Assembly: GCA_964016885.1 (NCBI GenBank)
Contig: OZ024748.1
Location: 51,894,001 to 51,958,000, forward strand
Source of the DNA: Eledone cirrhosa
Taxonomy: Eukaryota
Reading direction: 5' to 3'
Length of the DNA: 64,000 nt
Positions 38,114 to 53,310 of this stretch are shown piece by piece. The translations under genes and the position numbers were made by a program. Numbering within the stretch: position 1 is the stretch's first letter; every line of letters starts with the position of its first letter. The notes under the pieces were generated by a model. That model was not told the origin of the DNA, did not search any database, and saw nothing but the letters and a program-made list of their open reading frames with translations.

Positions 38114-41100
38114 ATGAATAATATAATATTTCAGCTCTCAAATTTCTCATACAGCGATATTTTACTAAACACGTGTATATACATATATATACAGGTATAT
38201 TTATATAGGTATATATATATATATATATATACAAATATATTTATACAGGTATATACATACATATATATACAAATATATTTATACAGGTATATACATATAT
38301 ATATATATACAAGTATATTTATACAGATATATACAGATATATACATATATACAAGTATATTTATACAGATATATACATATATATATATATATATAACCCT
38401 ATCTCCTCCCGCCCCCCACCACCCCCACCCTCCAAACGCAACCCAAAACTTCAGAGTTGGTACCATAAATGTAGGCACCCTAAAGGGTCGCGCTAACGAG
38501 GTTGTAGAAATGCTTGAACGTAAGGAGGTCGATGTTTGTTGTATTCAAGAGACCAGGTGGAGGGGTGGGTCTGCTAGATTCATTGAGGGTAAAAAACGAT
38601 GTTATAAGCTTTTCTGGGTGGGAAACGACGATGGGCTGGGTGGAGTAGGAATCATGGTAGCAGAAAAGTGGGCAGATAAGATAATAGACGTAAATAGAGT
38701 GAACGACAGAATAATTAAAATAAGACTTGTCCTCAATAGAACTACGGTGACAGTAATATCTGCGTACGCACCCCAATCCGGACTGCCCGGCACTATAAAA
38801 GACAGATTCTATGAGACACTGTTGCTAACTACCTCCCAAATATCTGACAGTGACTATATAATTATTGCAGGCGACCTAAATGGTCACGTTGGACAACATT
38901 GTGACGGCTACGACGAAATCCATGGAGGCTATGGGTTTGGTACTAGAAATGAGGAAGGCTCCAGAATCCTGGAATACTGTGATGCAAATAACCTAACTAT
39001 CTGTAACACTAACTTCAAAAAACGTGACAATCACCTGATTACCTATAGATCCGGGGAACACACAAGCCAGGTAGATTATATCCTTACCAGAAGACGTGAC
39101 AGAGTGTCTGTTGTAAACACTAAATCCCTCCCCCATGAAGAATGCACCTCCCAACATAGACTGATAATTAGCGACCTCATAGTCAGGACGAGACGTACCC
39201 GACAGCAGAAGAGGACTATCCTCAGGAGGAAAATATGGAAACTAAAGGACCCCACAGCCAGAAATAAATTTCAAAGCATATTACTTGATGCTTTCGACAG
39301 TAAGGAAGAGCATCTAGAATCGGACAATATAGAGGGACAGTGGAAATTTCTGAAAGCAAACCTGCTGTTGGCGACAGACGAGGTCTGTGGCTGGAGCAGG
39401 CCTGTAGGCAGGAGGAGAGTAACATGGTGGTGGAACAATAGGGTGGAGGGGTCAATTAAGGCCAAAAAGCAGGCTTGGAAAGTATGGCGGGATGGGGGAA
39501 GTAGAGTAGACTATCAAGTGGCCAGGAGGGAAGCTAGGAGAGAAGTGTACTTAGCAAGAAGGGAAGCGGAGGAAAGAAAGTTCAAGCATGTTCTACAACG
39601 CGATGACCAAAAACGTGAGGTGTTCAGGATTGCCAGGCAATGCGTCAAGGAAAACCGTGATATTGTCGGGGAGAAGTGTGTACTTAACGATGATGGCATA
39701 CTTGCCATCACCGACACTGATAAGAAGGTAGCTTGGAAGTGTCACTATGAAAGGCTACTAAATGAGGAGAATAAATGGGAGAAAGACAGTCTCCCCCATA
39801 TCGACCCGATAGAGGGACCAGCAGTGTTAGTCGAGGGGAGTATAATAAGTAAGGCAATCAAGGATATGAAGACTGGTAAGGCGGCTGGGCCTTCGGAAAT
39901 AGTTGCTGAGATGCTGAAGGCATCTGGCACGGTGGGACACACCATGGTCACCCGCATAGTTAACCAAGTCGTACAGAATGGGGTTGTTCCGAAGGACTGG
40001 CATAGCAGCATCATCGTTAACTGTTATAAGGGTAAAGGAGACGCCCTAGATAGGAGTAACTATAGAGGCATTAAATTAATCGACCAGGTCATGAAGGTCA
40101 CGGAAAAAGTAATAGCGCAACTAATCAGAGAGAGAATTGATCTAGATGAAATGCAGTTCGGGTTTGTGTCAGGCAAAAGCACCACAGACGCTCTTTTCAT
40201 AGTACGACAACTACAGGAGAAGTACCTAGCTAAAGGTAAACCCCTCTACTTAGCTTTTGTCGACCTGGAGAAAGCCTTCGACAGAGTCCCCCGCTCCATT
40301 ATCTGGTGGGCTCTTAGAAAACTAGGCGTTGACGAATGGCTTGTGAGGGCTATACAAGCCATGTATAAAGAAACAGTCAGCAAGGTTAGAATTAACAACG
40401 AATATAGTGAAGAGTTTAGCGTAAAAGTTGGCGTCCATCAGGGCTCTGTTCTCAGCCCCCTACTATTTATTATTGCCCTTCAGGCTATAACAGAGGAGTT
40501 CAAGACAGGCTGCCCATGGGAACTCCTATACGCAGACGACCTGACACTCATAGCGGAATCAATGGCCGAGCTAGAGAAGAAATTCCAAACATGGAAGCAC
40601 GGCCTAGAGTCAAAAGGACTTAAAATTAACCTGGCTAAGACCAAAGTTCTAGTTTGTAGGAAAGAAAACAAGGCGGCGGTCCCTTCTGGGAAATGGTCGT
40701 GCTCGGTATGTAGGAAAGGCGTAGGTAGAAACTCCATCTTATGTCCTAAATGCAAAGTATGGGTGCATAAAAGATGTAGTGGGATCACAGGTAAGCTAAC
40801 TAAGAACATAGACTTTACATGTGGCCGATGTTCTGGTGCAATAAGTAGCAGCAAGTGCCCACAAAATACTAGCTCTTTCAATTGCGCAGAGGGTTCTATA
40901 GAAATAGTGGACAGCTTCCGTTACCTGGGCGATAAAATCAGCAGTGGGGGAGGGTGCTCTGAAAGTACTGTAGCTAGAGTCAGAACTGGTTGGAAAAAGT
41001 TCAGAGAACTTATACCACTATTAGCTGCTAAAGGGTTCTCCCTAAAAATGAAAGGCAGGTTGTACGATGCCTGCATACGAACAGCAATGTTGCATGGTAG

Positions 41101-41497
41101 TGAGACCTGGGCATTGTGTGCAGAGGATATACGCAGACTAGAGAGGAACGAAGCTTGCATGCTCCGCTGGATGTGTAACAGTAATATACGTGAACGGCAA
41201 AGCATAAACGAACTAAGGAAAAAATTAGAGATAAGAGGGATCAGATGTTGTTTACTCGAGAGAAGGCTGCGTTGGTATGGACACGTGATGCGCATGAAAG
41301 TCGATAGCTGTATTACAAAGTGCAGGGCAATAAAGATAGATGGTAGCCACGGAATAGGCAGACCTAGAAAAACATGGGATGAGCTGATAAACTCCGACCT
41401 CATACACTTACACCTCTCCAAGACAATGTCACTGGACCGTGACCTTTGGCGGTACTCAGTAACAGAGAAGACCCGCCTTGCCAGTAGGCATCTCTAA
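38114..41497 (+). CDS. LINE ORF2-type polyprotein: APE endonuclease + reverse transcriptase with embedded PHD-type finger + RTE C-terminal domain. Element-derived part starts ~38395; the first ~94 codons are flanking repeat read-through
   Basis: APE motifs [41 protein letters not shown] motifs [51 protein letters not shown] (40529-40540), [16 protein letters not shown]-terminal [24 protein letters not shown]. No stops or frameshifts. Confidence 0.93.
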   Translation: MNNIIFQLSNFSYSDILLNTCIYIYIQVYLYRYIYIYIYTNIFIQVYTYIYIQIYLYRYIHIYIYTSIFIQIYTDIYIYTSIFIQIYTYIYIYITLSPPAPHHPHPPNATQNFRVGTINVGTLKGRANEVVEMLERKEVDVCCIQETRWRGGSARFIEGKKRCYKLFWVGNDDGLGGVGIMVAEKWADKIIDVNRVNDRIIKIRLVLNRTTVTVISAYAPQSGLPGTIKDRFYETLLLTTSQISDSDYIIIAGDLNGHVGQHCDGYDEIHGGYGFGTRNEEGSRILEYCDANNLTICNTNFKKRDNHLITYRSGEHTSQVDYILTRRRDRVSVVNTKSLPHEECTSQHRLIISDLIVRTRRTRQQKRTILRRKIWKLKDPTARNKFQSILLDAFDSKEEHLESDNIEGQWKFLKANLLLATDEVCGWSRPVGRRRVTWWWNNRVEGSIKAKKQAWKVWRDGGSRVDYQVARREARREVYLARREAEERKFKHVLQRDDQKREVFRIARQCVKENRDIVGEKCVLNDDGILAITDTDKKVAWKCHYERLLNEENKWEKDSLPHIDPIEGPAVLVEGSIISKAIKDMKTGKAAGPSEIVAEMLKASGTVGHTMVTRIVNQVVQNGVVPKDWHSSIIVNCYKGKGDALDRSNYRGIKLIDQVMKVTEKVIAQLIRERIDLDEMQFGFVSGKSTTDALFIVRQLQEKYLAKGKPLYLAFVDLEKAFDRVPRSIIWWALRKLGVDEWLVRAIQAMYKETVSKVRINNEYSEEFSVKVGVHQGSVLSPLLFIIALQAITEEFKTGCPWELLYADDLTLIAESMAELEKKFQTWKHGLESKGLKINLAKTKVLVCRKENKAAVPSGKWSCSVCRKGVGRNSILCPKCKVWVHKRCSGITGKLTKNIDFTCGRCSGAISSSKCPQNTSSFNCAEGSIEIVDSFRYLGDKISSGGGCSESTVARVRTGWKKFRELIPLLAAKGFSLKMKGRLYDACIRTAMLHGSETWALCAEDIRRLERNEACMLRWMCNSNIRERQSINELRKKLEIRGIRCCLLERRLRWYGHVMRMKVDSCITKCRAIKIDGSHGIGRPRKTWDELINSDLIHLHLSKTMSLDRDLWRYSVTEKTRLASRHL

Positions 41498-41737
41498 CAA
41501 ACTACACCCCGTCCCGCCACCACCCCCACCCCATCCACACCACCCCGTTCCATGTAAAGTTATGTTGGTGCCGCGCCATCCAGGCCGAAACAAACGAGAT
41601 CGTGTAGGTGTCACGACAAAAAAACACACAGTCCACGCTGTAATGTGGCCGTGTAGGCAACACGGTAAAAACCTCCCAGACCCATACTGTAAATATATTT
41701 ACAGCGTGGACTGTGTGTTTTTTTGTCGTGACACCTA
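38395..41737 (+). mobile_element. RTE-clade non-LTR retrotransposon (LINE): near-complete coding region, no 5' UTR, rearranged 3' end
   Basis: GC-balanced 3.3-kb block set within an AT-rich minisatellite (ACAAATATATTTATACAGGTATATACATAC-like units on both sides). Single APE+RT ORF; the 3' UTR shares units with the RTE 3' fragments at 8670 and 16558. Confidence 0.95.
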
Positions 41738-41951
41738 TATATTTATACAGATATATACATACATATATATATATATATATACAAATATATTTATACAGGT
41801 ATATACATATACAAATATATTTATACAGGTATATACATACATATATATATATATACAAATATATTTATACAGGTATATACATACATATATATATATATAT
41901 ATACAAGTATATTTATACAGATATATACATACATATATATATATATACAAG

Positions 41952-42001
<50 letters not shown>

Positions 42002-42257
42002 AGTATATTTATACAACTAGATACATACATACATATATACACACACACATACATACAGTAGTGAGATAGCTATAGCACAAGTAGTTAGGACATAACTTGC
42101 CTGGTACTAATACAACAATAAAATACATGCAGTGCATGATAGAGTGTTGAGGGTGAAGTGAGTGGCAAGTAGGCAGACCACCTGGGAGGTCAGATACATA
42201 GAGTAGGCTCTGATTTGATTTGTGCTGACCTAGCTGTTGAATAATGATGATAATGCC

Positions 42258-42323
<66 letters not shown>

Positions 42324-42386
42324 ATGTGTATGTATATATGTATGTATATATGTATGTGTATATATATATATATACATATGTATATA

Positions 42387-42427
<41 letters not shown>

Positions 42428-42438
42428 ATATATATATA

Positions 42439-42483
<45 letters not shown>

Positions 42484-42548
42484 GTATATATATATGTGTA
42501 TATATATGTATGTGTATATATATGTATGTGTATATATATATGTATATA

Positions 42549-42587
<39 letters not shown>

Positions 42588-42833
42588 ATATATATATGTA
42601 GATATGTATGCGTATATATATATATGTATGTGTATATATATATATATGTGTATATATATATATATATGTGTATATATATATATATATATGTGTGTATATA
42701 TATATATATATGTATATATATGTATGTGTATATATATATATATGTATGTGTATATATGTATGTGTATATATATATACACATACATATATATATATATATA
42801 TATGCATGGAAGATGGCCATTAAATGATGATGA

Positions 42834-42964
<131 letters not shown>

Positions 42965-43467
42965 TGGAAGATGGCCATTAAATGATGTGATGTGATATTA
43001 TATATATATATATATATATATACATACACCCACACTCACATGCATAATAGTTTTATGGCCAGTATGATAAATATACTACACTTGACATAGTATTGAGTTC
43101 CTTCAAGCTGATATTTGTTTTGAAAGAATAACTATTAACATGCGTGGTTACGTATGTTGGCCTATGTATATATATATACATGTATAATGGTTTTTTATTG
43201 GATATATGATGCAGAAGAGATTGGTGAAGCGGTGAGATGTTTATGATCAAAGACTTTAATGATAGCACTAACTAAATATATAATGAATAAGAGAATAAAT
43301 AACTAACAATATGTGTGTTTAATAGGTAAATGGGCAAACATCATTCTATGTACACAGACTTGTATACGCACATACATATGGGCATATCTATCTCGCTAGC
43401 TCTCTCTCTCTCTATATATATATTTATATATATATATATATATATACATATCTATCTATCTATCTAG

Positions 43468-43519
<52 letters not shown>

Positions 43520-43543
43520 CTATGTGCATATCTATCTATCTAG

Positions 43544-43588
<45 letters not shown>

Positions 43589-44574
43589 TACGTACATGCA
43601 TATCTATCTATCTAGCTGTGTATATGTATACACACACACAAATACTTACATATACTTAAACATGTATATACACATGCACATATGCCCATACACACATACA
43701 CCCACGGGCACACATGTGCACCAATATATATATATGTATATAGGTAGAGAGAGAGAGAGAGGAAGAGAGGAAAAAAGGAGGAGAGGAGAGGAAAGATAGA
43801 GAGGAAAAGTGGGAGTGAGGTGGAGAGGAAGAGAGAGGTAAAAGAAGAGAGAGAATGAAATACAGGAAGGTAGATAAATGTTTCTTTCCTCCATGCACTT
43901 ATTACAAAAACTGCTGATAATTGCAAGCAAGTTCAACTGCAAAAAAGAGAGAATTAGTTCCTCAGTGAAATATGTTACTTTGTCTAATTAGGTCTTTACA
44001 TCTTGTGTTCAAATTTTACTAGTGTCAACTTTGATTTATAACATTTCAAGGGTCAATGTGATAAATTAGGAAAACTATACTCAGCTCCAGAAAGTGTATC
44101 CTAGTGTTAACAGTGTCTGGCTGGGTGGTAACTCCCAACCCCCATCACTCCTATAGGAGTTGTAGGGGCATCATATTGACATACATTTCTATGGCATTTA
44201 AAAAAAAAAAACCTGGTGGAGCCTATCTCCTCTCTCGAGGCCTGAATAGAGTAGATTGCTTCCAGAGGATGATAGAGAGTGTAAGAGAAAGATATATAGA
44301 GAAAGAATTGGCCCCAGTACTTGACTGGTACTTTCTTTATCAACCTCAGTTGGATAAAAAGCAAAGTTGACCTTGGAGGGATTTAAACTCCAAGAGCAGA
44401 GAGCTGGAACCTGTTCCATAAAGCATTGTATCTGATGTAATGACAGCCAGTTTGCTGACTTGCTAACATTAAACTTCAATATTTATTAAACAAGTAAACA
44501 AGCTCAAAGGTAGCTATGACATTATGGTATCGGTCTAAAATATTTTTAGACTTTTAGATTTTTTTTTCTTTTAG

Positions 44575-44850
44575 TGCATGGCCTGGTAGTAAGAATACTG
44601 GACATACTGTCATAATGTTGTGGGTTCAATTCCTGGACTGGTTTGTGTGCTGTGTTCTTGAGCAAAACACTTCATTTCACATTGCTCCAGTATATTCAGC
44701 TGAAAGTGAGTAACAGCAATAACTAGAGGTTCAACCCTGCAATGGACTGGCATCCTGTCCAGGGAAGTCTTGTATTTTCAGTTGCTTCACGCCACAGAAA
44801 CCAGGATAAGCACTGATCTGATTAGCCTGTGATCAGGACAGACTTTAGAA
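44575..44850 (+). mobile_element. CORE-SINE family B
   Basis: Colinear with 59972-60260. Confidence 0.8.
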
Positions 44851-45007
44851 GTCAGACCACATCCTTCGAGGAAATGCCTTCTCTATTCTGTCTAGCTGGG
44901 CCACAAGGCAGGCCCCCATTTGTACATAATAGTGGGAGATGCGGAGAGCGGGAGGGACGGAGGCAGTGACATTGGGAGTTTGGTTCCTTTGTGTTCGGAC
45001 CTGGAGA

Positions 45008-45060
<53 letters not shown>

Positions 45061-45679
45061 TCACAGACACACACAATCACATATATTGAGTGCTGAACTT
45101 AACAGAACATTTGCCCAACAAACAGATGCTAGTATGGAAAAGCAGATGTAAAATCCTAAAGATCATCAAAATCATGGCTCTGCTCAATCAAGACTGATCT
45201 GAGGCTACAACAGCTACAACAGCAACAACAACAACAGTTCAGAAGAGTTAGCTTATAATTTGATATTTCCATAATGATTTTTTAAATTAAAAAGTAAAAA
45301 AAAAAAACCTTCCCATTTTTCGTTTTAATTTATTTTGGAAAATATTCTATAAAATGTTCTATATAAAAGTAACAAGATTCTATTTTCCATTTTATGCTAT
45401 TTTCAGTTACTTTTCCTGTGTTCTCTGCTGTGTCTTATTTTAATAAATGAATGTTCTGGAAGATCATTTCAGTTCAGAACATTGACCTCATTAATTGCCA
45501 CCCTTTTAATTGCTTTACATTTTTAGATATATAACTGAATAACAGGGTTTTCTTGTTGGTGTTGTTGTTACTTTTTTCTCTTTTGTCTTTTAGCTTTTGG
45601 TCAATTAACACTCACATATATGTCTGTATGTGTGTGTGTATATATGTGTGCGTAAATAAATGTGTCTATCTTTGCACAC

Positions 45680-45731
<52 letters not shown>

Positions 45732-45790
45732 GCACACATTTACACATATGTATATATATATATGAGTGTGTTTCTATGCGTGCAGACGTG

Positions 45791-45828
<38 letters not shown>

Positions 45829-45885
45829 ATTACATATTTGCACATATGTACATTACATATGCATTTGTGTACATATATAACTTCC

Positions 45886-45940
<55 letters not shown>

Positions 45941-45990
45941 ATTGGTGTGTTTCTTTGTTACACTTCATCTATTTGAAGTTGCTCACCATT

Positions 45991-48900
45991 AACCATCCAT
46001 ACCACCACCACTACCACCACCAAGTCCTATAACCATCCATACCACCACCACTACCACCACCAAGTCCTGTAACCATCCATACCACCACCACTACCACCAC
46101 CAAGTCCTATAACCATCCATACCACCACCACTACCACCACAAAGTCCTATAACCATCCATACCACCACCACTACCACCACCAAGTCCTATAACCATCCAT
46201 ACCACCACCACTACCACCACAAAGTCCTGTAACCATCCATACCACCACCACTACCACCACCAAGTCCTATAACCATCCATACCACCACCACTACCACCAC
46301 AAAGTCCTATAACCATCCATACCACCACCACTACCACCACAAAGTCCTGTAACCATCCATACCACCACCACTACCACCACCAAGTCCTATAACCATCCAT
46401 ACCACCACCACTACCACCACCAAGTCCTATAACCATCCATACCACCACCACTACCACCACAAAGTCCTGTAACCATCCATACCACCACCACTACCACCAC
46501 CAAGTCCTATAACCATCCATACCACCACCACTACCACCACCAAGTCCTATAACCATCCATACCACCACCACTACCACCACCAAGTCCTATAACCATCCAT
46601 ACCACCACCACTACCACCACCAAGTCCTATAACCATCCATACCACCACCACTACCACCACCAAGTCCTATAACCATCCATACCACCACCACTACCACCAC
46701 AAAGTCCTGTAACCATCCATACCACCACCACTACCACCACCAAGTCCTATAACCATCCATACCACCACCACTACCACCACCAAGTCCTGTAACCATCCAT
46801 ACCACCACCACTACCACCACAAAGTCCTGTAACCATCCATAACACCACCACTACCACCACCAAGTCCTATAACCATCCATACCACCACCACTACCACCAC
46901 CAAGTCCTATAACCATCCATACCACCACCACTACCACCACAAAGTCCTGTAACCATCCATACCACCACCACTACCACCACCAAGTCCTATAACCATCCAT
47001 ACCACCACCACTACCACCACCAAGTCCTATAACCATCCATACCACCACCACTACCACCACAAAGTCCTGTAACCATCCATACCACCACCACTACCACCAC
47101 CAAGTCCTATAACCATCCATACCACCACCACTACCACCACCAAGTCCTATAACCATCCATACCACCACCACTACCACCACCAAGTCCTATAACCATCCAT
47201 ACCACCACCACTACCACCACCAAGTCCTATAACCATCCATACCACCACCACTACCACCACAAAGTCCTGTAACCATCCATACCACCACCACTACCACCAC
47301 CAAGTCCTATAACCATCCATACCACCACCACTACCACCACCAAGTCCTGTAACCATCCATACCACCACCACTACCACCACAAAGTCCTGTAACCATCCAT
47401 AACACCACCACTACCACCACCAAGTCCTATAACCATCCATACCACCACCACTACCACCACCAAGTCCTATAACCATCCATACCACCACCACTACCACCAC
47501 AAAGTCCTGTAACCATCCATACCACCACCACTACCACCACCAAGTCCTATAACCATCCATACCACCACCACTACCACCACCAAGTCCTGTAACCATCCAT
47601 ACCACCACCACTACCACCACAAAGTCCTGTAACCATCCATACCACCACCACTACCACCACCAAGTCCTATAACCATCCATACCACCACCACTACCACCAC
47701 CAAGTCCTATAACCATCCATACCACCACCACTACCACCACAAAGTCCTGTAACCATCCATACCACCACCACTACCACCACCAAGTCCTATAACCATCCAT
47801 ACCACCACCACTACCACCACCAAGTCCTATAACCATCCATACCACCACCACTACCACCACCAAGTCCTATAACCATCCATACCACCACCACTACCACCAC
47901 CAAGTCCTATAACCATCCATACCACCACCACTACCACCACCAAGTCCTATAACCATCCATACCACCACCACTACCACCACAAAGTCCTGTAACCATCCAT
48001 ACCACCACCACTACCACCACCAAGTCCTATAACCATCCATACCACCACCACTACCACCACCAAGTCCTGTAACCATCCATACCACCACCACTACCACCAC
48101 AAAGTCCTGTAACCATCCATAACACCACCACTACCACCACCAAGTCCTATAACCATCCATACCACCACCACTACCACCACCAAGTCCTATAACCATCCAT
48201 ACCACCACCACTACCACCACAAAGTCCTGTAACCATCCATACCACCACCACTACCACCACAAAGTCCTGTAACCATCCATACCACCACCACTACCACCAC
48301 AAAGTCCTATAACCATCCATACCACCACCACTACCACCACCAAGTCCTATAACCATCCATACCACCACCACTACCACCACAAAGTCCTATAACCATCCAT
48401 ACCACCACCACTACCACCACCAAGTCCTATAACCATCCATACCACCACCACTACCACCACCAAGTCCTATAACCATCCATACCACCACCACTACCACCAC
48501 AAAGTCCTGTAACCATCCATACCACCACCACTACCACCACCAAGTCCTATAACCATCCATACCACCACCACTACCACCACCAAGTCCTGTAACCATCCAT
48601 ACCACCACCACTACCACCACCAAGAACTATAACCATCCATACCACCACCACTACCACCACCAAGTCCTATAACCATCCATACCACCACCACTACCACCAC
48701 CAAGTCCTATAACCATCCATACCACCACCACTACCACCACAAAGTCCTGTAACCATCCATACCACCACCACTACCACCACCAAGAACTATAACCATCCAT
48801 ACCACCACCACTACCACCACCAAGTCCTATAACCATCCATACCACCACCACTACCACCACCAAGTCCTATAACCATCCATACCACCACCACTACCACCAC

Positions 48901-51900
48901 AAAGTCCTGTAACCATCCATACCACCACCACTACCACCACCAAGAACTATAACCATCCATACCACCACCACTACCACCACCAAGTCCTATAACCATCCAT
49001 ACCACCACCACTACCACCACAAAGTCCTGTAACCATCCATACCACCACCACTACCACCACCAAGAACTATAACCATCCATACCACCACCACTACCACCAC
49101 CAAGAACTATAACCATCCATACCACCACCACTACCACCACCAAGTCCTATAACCATCCATACCACCACCACTACCACCACCAAGTCCTATAACCATCCAT
49201 ACCACCACCACTACCACCACCAAGTCCTATAACCATCCATACCACCACCACTACCACCACCAAGTCCTATAACCATCCATACCACCACCACTACCACCAC
49301 CAAGTCCTATAACCATCCATACCACCACCACTACCACCACCAAGTCCTATAACCATCCATACCACCACCCATACCACCACCAAGTCCTATAACCATCCAT
49401 ACCACCACCACTACCACCACCAAGTCCTATAACCATCCATACCACCACCACTACCACCACCAAGTCCTGTAACCATCCATACCACCACCACTACCACCAC
49501 CAAGTCCTATAACCATCCATACCACCACCACTACCACCACAAAGTCCTGTAACCATCCATACCACCACCACTACCACCACCAAGTCCTATAACCATCCAT
49601 ACCACCACCACTACCACCACCAAGTCCTATAACCATCCATACCACCACCACTACCACCACCAAGTCCTATAACCATCCATACCACCACCACTACCACCAC
49701 CAAGTCCTATAACCATCCATACCACCACCACTACCACCACCAAGTCCTATAACCATCCATACCACCACCACTACCACCACCAAGTCCTATAACCATCCAT
49801 AACACCACCACTACCACCACCAAGTCCTATAACCATCCATACCACCACCACTACCACCACCAAGTCCTATAACCATCCATACCACCACCACTACCACCAC
49901 AAAGTCCTGTAACCATCCATACCACCACCACTACCACCACAAAGTCCTATAACCATCCATACCACCACCACTACCACCACCAAGTCCTATAACCATCCAT
50001 ACCACCACCCATACCACCACCAAGTCCTATAACCATCCATACCACCACCACTACCACCACAAAGTCCTATAACCATCCATACCACCACCACTACCACCAC
50101 CAAGTCCTATAACCATCCATACCACCACCACTACCACCACCAAGTCCTATAACCATCCATACCACCACCACTACCACCACCAAGTCCTATAACCATCCAT
50201 AACACCACCACTACCACCACCAAGTCCTATAACCATCCATACCACCACCACTACCACCACAAAGTCCTGTAACCATCCATACCACCACCACTACCACCAC
50301 CACCAAGTCCTATAACCATCCATACCACCACCACTACCACCACAAAGTCCTATAACCATCCATACCACCACCACTACCACCACAAAGTCCTATAACCATC
50401 CATACCACCACCACTACCACCACCAAGTCCTATAACCATCCATACCACCACCCATACCACCACCAAGTCCTATAACCATCCATACCACCACCACTACCAC
50501 CACAAAGTCCTATAACCATCCATACCACCACCACTACCACCACCAAGTCCTATAACCATCCATAACACCACCACTACCACCACCAAGTCCTATAACCATC
50601 CATACCACCACCCATACCACCACCAAGTCCTATAACCATCCATACCACCACCACTACCACCACCAAGTCCTATAACCATCCATACCACCACCACTACCAC
50701 CACCAAGTCCTATAACCATCCATAACACCACCACTACCACCACCAAGTCCTATAACCATCCATACCACCACCACTACCACCACCAAGTCCTATAACCATC
50801 CATACCACCACCACTACCACCACAAAGTCCTGTAACCATCCATAACACCACCACTACCACCACAAAGTCCTGTAACCATCCATACCACCACCACTACCAC
50901 CACAAAGTCCTGTAACCATCCATACCACCACCACTACCACCACAAAGTCCTATAACCATCCATACCACCACCACTACCACCACCAAGTCCTATAACCATC
51001 CATACCACCACCACTACCACCACCAAGTCCTATAACCATCCATACCACCACCACTACCACCACAAAGTCCTGTAACCATCCATACCACCACCACTACCAC
51101 CACCAAGTCCTATAACCATCCATACCACCACCACTACCACCACCAAGTCCTGTAACCATCCATACCACCACCACTACCACCACCAAGAACTATAACCATC
51201 CATACCACCACCACTACCACCACCAAGTCCTATAACCATCCATACCACCACCACTACCACCACCAAGTCCTATAACCATCCATACCACCACCACTACCAC
51301 CACAAAGTCCTGTAACCATCCATACCACCACCACTACCACCACCAAGAACTATAACCATCCATACCACCACCACTACCACCACCAAGTCCTATAACCATC
51401 CATACCACCACCACTACCACCACCAAGTCCTATAACCATCCATACCACCACCACTACCACCACAAAGTCCTGTAACCATCCATACCACCACCACTACCAC
51501 CACCAAGAACTATAACCATCCATACCACCACCACTACCACCACCAAGTCCTATAACCATCCATACCACCACCACTACCACCACAAAGTCCTGTAACCATC
51601 CATACCACCACCACTACCACCACCAAGAACTATAACCATCCATACCACCACCACTACCACCACCAAGAACTATAACCATCCATACCACCACCACTACCAC
51701 CACCAAGTCCTATAACCATCCATACCACCACCACTACCACCACCAAGTCCTATAACCATCCATACCACCACCACTACCACCACCAAGTCCTATAACCATC
51801 CATACCACCACCACTACCACCACCAAGTCCTATAACCATCCATACCACCACCACTACCACCACCAAGTCCTATAACCATCCATACCACCACCACTACCAC

Positions 51901-53310
51901 CACCAAGTCCTATAACCATCCATACCACCACCCATACCACCACCAAGTCCTATAACCATCCATACCACCACCACTACCACCACCAAGTCCTATAACCATC
52001 CATACCACCACCACTACCACCACCAAGTCCTGTAACCATCCATACCACCACCACTACCACCACCAAGTCCTATAACCATCCATACCACCACCACTACCAC
52101 CACAAAGTCCTGTAACCATCCATACCACCACCACTACCACCACCAAGTCCTATAACCATCCATACCACCACCACTACCACCACCAAGTCCTATAACCATC
52201 CATACCACCACCACTACCACCACCAAGTCCTATAACCATCCATACCACCACCACTACCACCACCAAGTCCTATAACCATCCATACCACCACCACTACCAC
52301 CACCAAGTCCTATAACCATCCATACCACCACCACTACCACCACCAAGTCCTATAACCATCCATAACACCACCACTACCACCACCAAGTCCTATAACCATC
52401 CATACCACCACCACTACCACCACCAAGTCCTATAACCATCCATACCACCACCACTACCACCACAAAGTCCTGTAACCATCCATACCACCACCACTACCAC
52501 CACAAAGTCCTATAACCATCCATACCACCACCACTACCACCACCAAGTCCTATAACCATCCATACCACCACCCATACCACCACCAAGTCCTATAACCATC
52601 CATACCACCACCACTACCACCACAAAGTCCTATAACCATCCATACCACCACCACTACCACCACCAAGTCCTATAACCATCCATACCACCACCACTACCAC
52701 CACCAAGTCCTATAACCATCCATACCACCACCACTACCACCACCAAGTCCTATAACCATCCATAACACCACCACTACCACCACCAAGTCCTATAACCATC
52801 CATACCACCACCACTACCACCACAAAGTCCTGTAACCATCCATACCACCACCACTACCACCACCACCAAGTCCTATAACCATCCATACCACCACCACTAC
52901 CACCACAAAGTCCTATAACCATCCATACCACCACCACTACCACCACAAAGTCCTATAACCATCCATACCACCACCACTACCACCACCAAGTCCTATAACC
53001 ATCCATACCACCACCCATACCACCACCAAGTCCTATAACCATCCATACCACCACCACTACCACCACAAAGTCCTATAACCATCCATACCACCACCACTAC
53101 CACCACCAAGTCCTATAACCATCCATACCACCACCACTACCACCACCAAGTCCTATAACCACCCAGACCACTACCACTACCACCACCAAGTCCTATAACC
53201 ATCCATACCACCACCCATACCACCACCAAGTCCTATAACCATCCATAACACCACCACTACCAACACCAAGTCCTATAACCATCCATACCACCACCACTAC
53301 CACCACAACC
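45991..53310. repeat. 40-bp tandem satellite AACCATCCATACCACCACCACTACCACCAC(C/A)AAGTCCT(A/G)T, roughly 180 units
   Basis: Exact 40-nt period with two 43-nt units (~50301, ~52864). Confidence 0.97.

Noticed and set aside
38131-41421. Antisense ORFs within the RTE
   Set aside because: Shadow frames of the sense ORF with no motifs.
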